Shown here: positions 39,021 to 48,062 of the stretch, piece after piece
Numbering within the stretch: the stretch's first letter is position 1
Layout: each line of letters begins with the position of its first letter
DNA from: Bacteroidales bacterium UBA6229
Lineage (GTDB): Bacteria > Bacteroidota > Bacteroidia > Bacteroidales > F082
NCBI GenBank assembly: GCA_002440975.1
Contig: DJWN01000126.1
Location: forward strand, 20,785-84,784
Length of the DNA stretch: 64,000 nt
Direction of reading: 5' to 3'
Made by a program: the position numbers and the translations under genes
The notes under the pieces: model-generated
Database searches by the model: none
Seen by the model: only the letters and a program-made list of their open reading frames with translations
What the model was told of the DNA's origin: nothing

Positions 39021-40920
39021 AATAAGCCCTTTCATCACGGCCTTCGATAAAGTTGATAAAGGATTTGTTAACGACTTTGTTTCCGCCTGGCGTGGGATAA
39101 TCCCCCGTGAAATACCAGTCGCCTTTATGATTAGGAATGGCCAGATGCAGGTTTTCTATTGACTGATAAACCACACTCACCTTTGCCTTGATTTCTTGCG
39201 AGGTGATCAGCTTTGCAATTCTTTCCGAAATTTGTCGGGCAGTAAATGGTTTATAAATATCTTTCACATAGTTTATGATAACCTCTTTTGGAAAATCTTC
39301 CTGTGCCTTACATTTTTTGTAAACTTCGTTTATAATGTGTTCCTGATGTGTTTCTTTCAGGAGGTGAATTGTGGCCCTGAAAGCTACAAAATCACTCAGT
39401 TTGGCCATATCAATACCGTAGCAATCGGGATAGCGGATCTGCGGTGCAGACGATGCAATAACAATATGTTTTGGGCTAAGCCTGTCTAAAATCCTGATGA
39501 TACTATTTCTTAAGGTGGTGCCTCTAACGATGGAGTCGTCCAATACCACCAGGGTGTCTTTATCGGGTCGTACAACACCGTAAGTTACATCATAGATGTG
39601 AGTTACAAGATCATTGCGTTGGTTATCCTGGGTGATAAAAGTACGCAATTTCATGTCTTTTACGGCGATATCTTCTATCCTGAGCTGAGTTGAAAATATT
39701 TCATTCAATTGCTCCTGATTGATCGTTTGACCGGCAGCCAGCACTTTGTCTTTCTTCACCTCAACACAATGCCTGTTAAGCTGCTGCACCATGCCCCTGA
39801 AAGCCGCCGAAGCAGTATTGGGGATATATGAAAAAACGGTGTTTTCTATGTCGTGATCAATTTCGTTGAGCACAGCAGGCACCAGCAGTTCACCCAGCTT
39901 TTTACGCTCTTTATAAATATCGGCATCGGTTCCTCTTGAAAAATAAATTCTTTCGAAAGAACAGGCTTTTTGGGGTAGTTCATCTTTGCATCTTTCCTCA
40001 GTCACACTTCCGTCTTTTTTGATGATCAGCGCATGACCCGGCTTGATTTCCTGAATAGAATCGATAGGCACATTGAAAGCTGTTTGTATGGGTGGCCGCT
40101 CTGATGTGGCAACCACAATTTCATCATCAGCAAAATAATAGGCCGGGCGAATGCCTGACGGATCTCTGAACACGAAGGCATCGCCGTGCCCAATCATTCC
40201 TGTGATCACATAACCACCATCCCAATACTGTGAGCTCTCGGTTAAAATAGCTTTTACATTTAGCTCTTCGGCAATTTTGTGTGAAATAGCTCTTTTAGAA
40301 AGACCTGACTGCTTGTACTTTTTGTAAATACGTTCGTTTTCGGCGTCCAGAAAATGCCCAATTTTCTCCAAAACTGTTACAGTATCAGAGGTTTCAACCG
40401 GATATTGTCCCAGATCAATCAATTTCTCGAACAGCTCATCCACATTGGTCATATTGAAATTGCCAGCAATCACCAGGTTGCGTGTCATCCAGTTGTTGGC
40501 TCTTACAAAGGGATGGAGATTCATCACTTCATTGCCCCCAAAGGTCCCGTATCGCAAGTGCCCCATAAACAGTTCGCCACTGAAATCTACATTCTTTTTG
40601 AGCCAGTTTACATCTTTTAATCGTTCGGGCCTGTCGTTCTCGATCAGCTGCAGATCGTCGTATATTTTATTGAAAATCTCTTTTATAGGTGTGCTGGAAT
40701 TTGACCGAAGTCTGCTGATGTATTTATTTCCAGGCTCCAGGTCAAGCTTTATTCCGGCTATACCAGCCCCGTCTTGTCCTCTGTTGTGCTGCTTTTGCAT
40801 TAAGAGATGCAATTTTTGCAGTCCGTAAAGGGCTGTACCGTATTTAGCAAGATAATATTCGAGGGGTTTGCGTAAACGAATGAGTGCAATGCCGCATTCA
40901 TGTTTTATTTGGTCGCTCAT
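39019..40920 (-). CDS. purF: Amidophosphoribosyltransferase (long Bacteroidota-type PurF)
   Basis: MSDQIKHECGIALIRL has the N-terminal nucleophile Cys after a short propeptide. A class-II glutamine amidotransferase domain is followed by a PRTase motif (VLDDSIVRGTT). Confidence 0.9.
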   Translation of the reverse strand: MSDQIKHECGIALIRLRKPLEYYLAKYGTALYGLQKLHLLMQKQHNRGQDGAGIAGIKLDLEPGNKYISRLRSNSSTPIKEIFNKIYDDLQLIENDRPERLKDVNWLKKNVDFSGELFMGHLRYGTFGGNEVMNLHPFVRANNWMTRNLVIAGNFNMTNVDELFEKLIDLGQYPVETSDTVTVLEKIGHFLDAENERIYKKYKQSGLSKRAISHKIAEELNVKAILTESSQYWDGGYVITGMIGHGDAFVFRDPSGIRPAYYFADDEIVVATSERPPIQTAFNVPIDSIQEIKPGHALIIKKDGSVTEERCKDELPQKACSFERIYFSRGTDADIYKERKKLGELLVPAVLNEIDHDIENTVFSYIPNTASAAFRGMVQQLNRHCVEVKKDKVLAAGQTINQEQLNEIFSTQLRIEDIAVKDMKLRTFITQDNQRNDLVTHIYDVTYGVVRPDKDTLVVLDDSIVRGTTLRNSIIRILDRLSPKHIVIASSAPQIRYPDCYGIDMAKLSDFVAFRATIHLLKETHQEHIINEVYKKCKAQEDFPKEVIINYVKDIYKPFTARQISERIAKLITSQEIKAKVSVVYQSIENLHLAIPNHKGDWYFTGDYPTPGGNKVVNKSFINFIEGRDERAY

Positions 40921-41100
40921 GAAGCTTTAGCTTAAAAATGATAAATTTGCTCATTTAAGTGGCAAATTTACAGGTTTTTTTAAAGGGGATTCGAAAGTGT
41001 TTTTTTATTGAAACTGATTTGCTGACAATATGTTGAAAATAAACCAAATGACTTTCAGCTCTTTACAGAGTATAAATGAATAGCAATTTAACTGAATAAT

Positions 41101-41559
41101 ATGAAAATTTCTGTACGGGTTGCCACCATAGATGATGCCGGGCAAATTGCAAGTTTTCAGGAGCAAATGGCCTGGGAAACGGAGGAGCTAAAACTTGATC
41201 CCGGAATAATAGGCGCTGGCATACAAGCTGTTTTTGAAGATAGTTCCAAAGGACGTTATTTTATTGCCGAAGCAGAGGGTCGTATTGCAGGATCATTGCT
41301 GATAACCTACGAATGGAGCGACTGGCGAAATAGTTGGGTGTATTGGATTCAATCGGTGTATGTTGCTCCAGAGTTTCGCCGGAAGGGAATTTATAGAACT
41401 TTGTACGCTCATATTCAGGAGATTGTAAATCAGAAAGATGATGTTGCCGGAATACGCTTGTATGTGGAGCAGGAAAATTATACCGCCCAGCAAACGTATG
41501 CCTCATTGGGTATGGACGGCCAGCATTATCAATTATTTGAATGGATGAAGATGCACTAA
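41101..41559 (+). CDS. GNAT-family N-acetyltransferase
   Basis: This 152-aa protein has an acetyl-CoA motif region, ..VYVAPEFRRKGIYRTLY... Confidence 0.8.
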   Translation: MKISVRVATIDDAGQIASFQEQMAWETEELKLDPGIIGAGIQAVFEDSSKGRYFIAEAEGRIAGSLLITYEWSDWRNSWVYWIQSVYVAPEFRRKGIYRTLYAHIQEIVNQKDDVAGIRLYVEQENYTAQQTYASLGMDGQHYQLFEWMKMH

Positions 41560-41578
41560 AAACAAAGCTAAGTCAGAT

Positions 41579-43204
41579 ATGGCCAAAACGCGCAAAGTAC
41601 CTCATACCTATGTAATTGTATTTTTTATCATACTGCTGGCAGCAGTGTTGACCTGGATAATCCCGCCCGGGAAATACTTAGAGCAATCGGTCGAAACAGT
41701 TCAGGGAACCACCACTAGCCTGAAGTTTTATTATCTGAATCAATTGCCCGACGACTTACAACAGGATTTTAAATCAAGTCCGCAGACCTGGCAGGTATTT
41801 TCGGCTTTGTTTAAGGGTTTCGTAAAGCAAAGTAATATCATCATTTTCATTTTGATGATTGGTGGTGCTTTCTGGATCATGAACCAAAGCAAGGCCATTG
41901 ATGTTGGAATCTACGATTTTTTGAAGTTTACCCGAAGAATAGAACATAACCGGCTTATCAAACGCATTGGCGTTGATAATATCATCATCAGCCTGGTAAT
42001 GTTGTTGTTTAGTGTTTTTGGTGCTGTTTTCGGGATGAGTGAAGAAACCATTGCTTTTGCCATCATCATCGTGCCATTGGCTATTTCGATGGGTTATGAT
42101 TCCATTGTGGGGGTGTGTATGGTTTATGTAGGTGCGCATTTGGGTTTTGCGGGTGCAATCCTGAATCCTTTTACGATAGGGATAGCTCAGGGATTAGCAG
42201 ATATTCCTTTGTTTTCCGGAATTGAATACCGCATGGTAAGTTGGTTGGCCATCAATGCGGTAGGAATCTTTTTTGTGTTGCGGTATGCAAATAAAATCAA
42301 ACGGAAACCCTTGCTTTCGGCTGTTTACGAAGAGGATGCTTATTGGCGTGCCAGAGAGCAGGACGAATCGCGAGAGGTGGTTTATTATACCCCGCGAATG
42401 GCATGGATAGTTTATGCGCTTATCGTATTGACACTGGGTGTTTTTTCTTTTCATTTTCCTGAGTCCACCCTGCACATTGGCAATAGTAATATAACGTTTT
42501 CAGTAATGCCTGTTAGCGCGGTATTATTTGTGATTCTGGGTTTTCTAAGCCTGAAGAAATCTGTCCATTACTTTATTTTGCTCTTGCTTACCTATACTAT
42601 TTTTTATCTGATTGTTGGTGTGATGGGGTATGGCTGGTATGTGATGGAGATTGCCACCTTGTTTCTGGCACTTGGTATTGCCAGTGGATTAGCAATCAAT
42701 AAATCGGCTGATGAACTTGCCAGGCTGTTTCTTGAAGGAGTGAATGATATCATGTCGGCAGCTGTAATTGTTGGTTTGGCAGGAGGTATTATAGTCATCT
42801 TGGAAGATGGTGGCATCATTGATTCGATCTTGTATGGCTTGTCGCAGGCGATGGTAAATATTGGCAACATTGCTTCAGTAGGAGTGATGTATCTGATTCA
42901 AACCATCATCAATATCGTAATCCCGTCCGGATCGGCTAAGGCGGCTATCACCATGCCGATTATGGCTCCTTTCAGCGATTTGATAGGCATTTCGCGCCAG
43001 GCAACAGTTATGGCATTTCAGTTTGGGGATGGCTTCACGAATATGATTACCCCCACTTCAGGTATTTTAATCGGTGTGCTGGGTGTGGCACGAATACCTT
43101 ATCACAAATGGGTGAAATGGGTGTGGCCGATGATCTTAGCCTTAATAGTGCTGGGTTTTTTATTGCTTATCCCAACTGTAACCCTACCATTGAATGGTTT
43201 TTAA
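41579..43204 (+). CDS. yfcC: YfcC/DcuC-like anaerobic C4-dicarboxylate-carrier family membrane protein
   Basis: This 541-aa polytopic membrane protein starts ..KVPHTYVIVFFIILLAAVLTWIIPPG.. and contains ..GSAKAAITMPIMAP.., typical of the YfcC family. Confidence 0.8.
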   Translation: MAKTRKVPHTYVIVFFIILLAAVLTWIIPPGKYLEQSVETVQGTTTSLKFYYLNQLPDDLQQDFKSSPQTWQVFSALFKGFVKQSNIIIFILMIGGAFWIMNQSKAIDVGIYDFLKFTRRIEHNRLIKRIGVDNIIISLVMLLFSVFGAVFGMSEETIAFAIIIVPLAISMGYDSIVGVCMVYVGAHLGFAGAILNPFTIGIAQGLADIPLFSGIEYRMVSWLAINAVGIFFVLRYANKIKRKPLLSAVYEEDAYWRAREQDESREVVYYTPRMAWIVYALIVLTLGVFSFHFPESTLHIGNSNITFSVMPVSAVLFVILGFLSLKKSVHYFILLLLTYTIFYLIVGVMGYGWYVMEIATLFLALGIASGLAINKSADELARLFLEGVNDIMSAAVIVGLAGGIIVILEDGGIIDSILYGLSQAMVNIGNIASVGVMYLIQTIINIVIPSGSAKAAITMPIMAPFSDLIGISRQATVMAFQFGDGFTNMITPTSGILIGVLGVARIPYHKWVKWVWPMILALIVLGFLLLIPTVTLPLNGF

Positions 43205-43208
43205 GGAA

Positions 43209-45620
43209 CTATTCTGACCGGAGTGCATGAACAGGACTTTGGTGCAAAGCCAACAGCGTGCGCCAGCTTATGATAGTGGCTGTGAGGAGAAAACTTACCA
43301 ATGCTGCCAAAAGAAAATATGATAAGTTGATCGATGTTTGATAGGCAAAGTTGTTGAGCCAATCGTTTAATAATACCCAACTTAGTGGTCTGGCAACAAG
43401 GTTTGCTGCTGCAATTATCAAGATATACTCTTTAAAAAACAAAGCCAACATATGGTGATGCCCGGCACTCAGGGTGAGACGAATGCTGATCTCGCGTTGG
43501 CGTTGACCGATCATAAAAGAGACCAACCCAAAAAGTCCTAAACCTGCAACCAGGATTATCAGAAGAGTGAGTGCCAGCGAAAATCGGCTGAGGCGTTCTT
43601 CTTCTTTGTATTGTTTGTTTAATTCGTCTGACAGAAAGCTAAATTCGAAAGGGCGGCCCGGGGCAAACTGATGAAAAATTTGTTCGATAGTATTTATGGC
43701 TTGTTGCGTGGCGCCTTCAGCAATTCGAATGGCGACATACCTCAGAAAAAATCCATTCACCCTTTCTTCTTCTTTGATGTTAAGTACAAAAGGAGTAGCA
43801 CCCTGATGGAGTGAGGTGGCATTAAAATCTTTAAAAACTCCAACAACACGTTCTTCGCCGGCCAGTGATTTAAACTTTTTGTCCAGTGCGTCTTCATTGG
43901 AGTCCCAGCCCAGATGCTTTACCATAGCCTCATTTATCAGGATAGCATCCATAGGATCTGTCTTGTTTTCGCGGCTATAGTCTCTTCCGGCAACTATTGG
44001 AATTTCAAAAGTTCTTAAAAAACATGTTGCACTACCAAGGCCGGATAAAATTGTCATTTATCCTCCGGAAAGCCTTCTGGTCTGAATTCGTGAGTGTTAT
44101 GTGCAATGCCAAATAGGTCATCCAGTGCTGTTACCGACAAGACAAAACTATGTCGCTACAAATCATGCTTAAAAGCCTCGTATCTTGTAACAATAGGCGT
44201 TCTGTTAACCGGGACGAAAATAACGGATGATTTATTAAATCCCAGATCAGCATTTCGAAGGAAGTGCAATTGATCAAATGCAATCAATGTGCTTATAATC
44301 AACCCTATTGAGATGGGAAACTGTGCTGTGACCAATAGTTTACGTGCTTTTCCTGAACGTGCTCCACCTGAGAATTGCCCTTTCAGTACTTTGAGTGGTT
44401 GAAAGGAAGACAGATAAAGTGCCGGATAAAGCCCCGAAAGTTTTCCGGTTATCAACCCAAGTAATACCAGGAATAATGCGAATTCAGGTTCGAGTAATTG
44501 CCTTATTGACAGGCTTTTGTCGGCAAGTGAATTAAACCAGTTTAAGCTAAATTCGACTAAAAGCAGCGATAATAAGAGAGCCAGCAGACTTATCAGAATG
44601 GCTTCGCCAAAAAACTGTTTGACAAGTTGCAGTTTATCTGCTCCCACCACTTTTTTAATCCCTATTTCGCGTGCACGTCTGGATGAGGTGGCGGTGCTCA
44701 GGTTCATAAAATTAATTATTGCGATGAGCAACGGGAAAACAGCAATAGCCGACAGAATTACCACATAGGTCATATTGCCGTTTGGTTCTATCTCGTAGTC
44801 GAGGCGCGAGTGCAAATGTATTTTGGTGAGGGGTTACAGATAAAGTGTGATGCTTTCCTTCATCGCATCATAAAAGTATTTTTCAATAAAATTCGGGAAA
44901 TCGGCTTCCAGGCTTTCCTACCTTACACCTTCATTCAGTTTGATATAAATCCAGCGGGGGTTCCAAACCCAAGTCTGTGGCAGGCGTCCTCCATAAATGG
45001 ATCTTACAGAAGCCATGGATGCCATCATATCCCATTGAAAATTGCTGTTCGTTGGGACGTCTTCGATCACCCCGCTAACTTTTAGGTCGAAGCGGTTTTC
45101 GTAGCGACATAGTTTTGCCCATCGGATTTTCCTGTCCGAAGTATTTGTGGGCTGTGGTCTTGATTATGACAACCGAGTAAGATTCGTTCAAAGCAATTTT
45201 TGGGTCGCCATAAATAAATTGATGATTAAAAATCTGAAAATAAGTTGAATCAGCAAAAAACAGTCGTTTTTCATTGAAGGTTTTGTCGTCCAGATGCACC
45301 AGACTTCGTGGAGCCTGGAAGTTAAATATTCTGACTGCCTGCTCAATCAGCCCCGGATATTCCATGATAAGTGTTGGAGCTACCGGAAAAGGAGCACTTG
45401 CAGATTCCTCACCAACGCCTTCAAAGTCGTGTTTGCAAACAAGTCGGTATATCCGGTCAGCATCCTGATGATAGCGGTCATAGCTTAACTCGTCCTGAAC
45501 GTACATCAGAATGAGGATAAAACTGGCCAGCCCGATGGATAAGCCAATGATGTTGATAGCTGCAGTTGCTTTATGTTTCAACACATTTCTAAAAGCAATT
45601 TTGATGTAATTGAGCTACAT
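43209..45620 (-). pseudogene. Decayed double-FtsX (MacB-like) ABC permease paralogue
   Basis: ORF fragments 45075-45584, 44156-44815 and 43209-44057 lie in frames 2/1/2 and are collinear with the neighbouring ~800-aa permeases. My reading finds ATG 45620 followed by TAG as codon 2 (M*LNYIKIAFRNVLKHK). A frameshift lies near 45090-45105 (..GKTMSL / YENRFDLKVSGVIEDVPTNSNF..). In-frame stops are TAG 44918-44920, TAA 44834-44836 (LYL*PLTKIHLHS) and TAG 44156-44158. A TGA plus another shift lies near 44058-44065. Confidence 0.85.
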
Positions 45621-45669
45621 AGCTTCAGCTTTTAATGAATGATTTGGTGTGTTGGTAGGCGTGGTATGC

Positions 45670-48030
45670 TTATTCGTAATTGACAACATTGATGAGAGAT
45701 ATCCGGTTAACTTGCAAGGCTTGCCATAGAATAGTGAGCCAGGCTAACAGGAGACAAAAGATCATAGTAACAGGAAACAGCCAAACGGGTAGCGGAATAC
45801 GGGTACTGAAATTGGCAAGCCATTCCTCCATAAATAACCATACAGGTATGACGGACAGTATGTTGGCAATAACCACAAGAAGCGAAAAATTACCTCCGGT
45901 ATAAAAGAGTAGTTGTAAAGAGGATGCGCCTAAAATCTTTCTGATGCCAAGCTGTTTAAGTTGCTGGTTGATCATTAAACCAACAAGTCCGAAAAGCCCC
46001 ATAGTGGCAACCAATAGTCCAATTACGGTAAACCATGCAAGTAAATGACCTAAGCTGTACTCGTTTTGATAAACATCATTAAGATAGGTATTGAGAGGAT
46101 TGATAAGAAATGGATCATTGGGCAGGTATACTCGCCAGATGTTATAAAGGCTGTTGGTAAGATTATCGTTTATTGGTTGTTTGATACGGATTATCAAAAA
46201 ATTGAAACCATCATAAGGATGCATGGTAATGATTAAAGGCTTTAGTGATTCGTAGAGTGGATTGAAATGGAAATCTTTTACAACACCAATAATTGGAAGA
46301 TTCCCATCGCGTTGGATGCGTTTGCCCAGAGGCTGTTCATAATTAAACTGTTTTGTAAATGTCTCGTTTACCAGGTATGCTTTTCTGTCGTTGGGAAAAG
46401 AAGGATCGAAGTTTCTGCCATTAATTATCCTGATGTCTAAGACGTCCAATGCATTTTCATCAACATCCATAACATTGATCATCACAGGATTTTCCATTCC
46501 TTCCGGAATATATCCGTTCATACTTACACCGGCACCTGGCAGATCTGTAAGGGCTCCGCAATTATTTACCTGAGACAGATTGTTGAATTCCTGTTTAAGC
46601 ACTTCAACAGCCTGTTGAGCCTTTTTGGAAGGTAAAGCAATCGTGATCACCTCGTCCGATTCGAATCCCTTATCAAATGAACGTAAATAACTCAATTGCA
46701 GGTAAATAATTATACTACAGCTGATCAAAACTGAAGCAACGAGAAATTGTATGAGAACGAGACTTTTAGGGAGCAAATACTTTCTTTTAATATTGTCGAA
46801 AGCTCCTTTGAGAACTTTAGCAGGTGCAAAAGAGGATAGATAAAATGCAGGATAAGCCCCGGCTATTAAACCAGTGAAGAGAACAAGCAAAATCAATAAA
46901 AGATGAAATCCTGTGGGGGCATCCGACAATTTCAGGTTTTTGCCAATCAAAGCATTATAATGGGGTAAAATCAATTCTATTAATAGTAAAGCACCCACAA
47001 AAGCAATCAGACTCATCAGAACTGATTCGAAGAGGTGTTGTCTGATCAATGAGTGTCTTGTTGCACCCAGCACTTTTTTTATGCCTGTTTCTTTTGCCCT
47101 TCGCAATGAAGAAGCTGTCGCGATATTGGTGAAATTAAAGCAAGCCATTAGCAGTATAAAAAAAGCTACCCAGGTAAAAATTCGCAGATTATGCAGTTCG
47201 ATTGTAGGACCCGTAACGACTGAGCCCAGATGAATATCGCTTATCGGTTCAAGCAACAAGTCAACCGAAAAACCTGTTCCTTCCATATCTTTGTTGATAT
47301 TTTCATAAAGAAAGTCGGGAAGTTTTTTCTTGAAATCATCAATATTGAAAGAGCCGTTAACCAGGATAAAGGTTTGGTATTGATTTCCACCATTCCAGCC
47401 CATGAATAAAGTTGGGTCATTATAACGAGTTTCAAACGAAAGTAAAACATCAAACTGAATACTCGAATTTGGCGGTGCCGCTTCTGCCACGCCACTTACG
47501 ATCCAGTTTTGTTGTCCGTTGAGTTGAATTAACTTTCCTATTGGATTTGTTTGGCCAAACATTTGTTTTGCTAACGAACTGCTTATTACTGCCTTGTTGA
47601 TTCCGCTTAATACATCAACCGGATTTCCCTTTTCCAAATGAAAAGAGAAAAGACTAAAAAATGAAGAATCTGCATACAGTAGTTTATCAGCCTCGAATAC
47701 TTTGCCATCAAATAGCAAATAGCCTTTTTCGGGTTGTGTGATTCTGCAAAACGTATTAATCTCCGGAAAAGTCTCATACAGTGATGGCCCTACTGCCGCA
47801 GGTATAACCGGCGATCCAAAATTGTGCTCCTTTTGTTTGTAATTTAAATTGACGCGGTAGATACTTTCCGCATACTCATGGAAGAGGTTGTAATTGTATT
47901 CATTGAAAACATACAACAGAATCAGGGTAGAAACAGCCAGCCCTGTTGCCATACTTAACAGGTTTATCAAACTGTACTGCCATTGTCTTTTAAGCGTTCG
48001 CAATAATATCGTGATGAAATGTCTTGCCAT
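45670..48030 (-). CDS. ABC transporter permease, double MacB_PCD + FtsX architecture
   Basis: This 786-aa protein has an N-terminal TM segment followed by two periplasmic-domain/FtsX units (..LRRAKETGIKKVLGA.. and ..GIRKILGAS..). Confidence 0.88.
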   Translation of the reverse strand: MARHFITILLRTLKRQWQYSLINLLSMATGLAVSTLILLYVFNEYNYNLFHEYAESIYRVNLNYKQKEHNFGSPVIPAAVGPSLYETFPEINTFCRITQPEKGYLLFDGKVFEADKLLYADSSFFSLFSFHLEKGNPVDVLSGINKAVISSSLAKQMFGQTNPIGKLIQLNGQQNWIVSGVAEAAPPNSSIQFDVLLSFETRYNDPTLFMGWNGGNQYQTFILVNGSFNIDDFKKKLPDFLYENINKDMEGTGFSVDLLLEPISDIHLGSVVTGPTIELHNLRIFTWVAFFILLMACFNFTNIATASSLRRAKETGIKKVLGATRHSLIRQHLFESVLMSLIAFVGALLLIELILPHYNALIGKNLKLSDAPTGFHLLLILLVLFTGLIAGAYPAFYLSSFAPAKVLKGAFDNIKRKYLLPKSLVLIQFLVASVLISCSIIIYLQLSYLRSFDKGFESDEVITIALPSKKAQQAVEVLKQEFNNLSQVNNCGALTDLPGAGVSMNGYIPEGMENPVMINVMDVDENALDVLDIRIINGRNFDPSFPNDRKAYLVNETFTKQFNYEQPLGKRIQRDGNLPIIGVVKDFHFNPLYESLKPLIITMHPYDGFNFLIIRIKQPINDNLTNSLYNIWRVYLPNDPFLINPLNTYLNDVYQNEYSLGHLLAWFTVIGLLVATMGLFGLVGLMINQQLKQLGIRKILGASSLQLLFYTGGNFSLLVVIANILSVIPVWLFMEEWLANFSTRIPLPVWLFPVTMIFCLLLAWLTILWQALQVNRISLINVVNYE

Positions 48031-48062
48031 GTATTTCAGTATTGAATTCTAATCATCGATAA

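Noticed and set aside
43209-45584. Three separate 'permease' genes (169, 219 and 282 aa)
   Set aside because: They are collinear fragments of one ~800-aa double-FtsX gene. The gaps between them translate into the missing conserved segments once frameshifts and stops are read through. They are annotated as one pseudogene instead.
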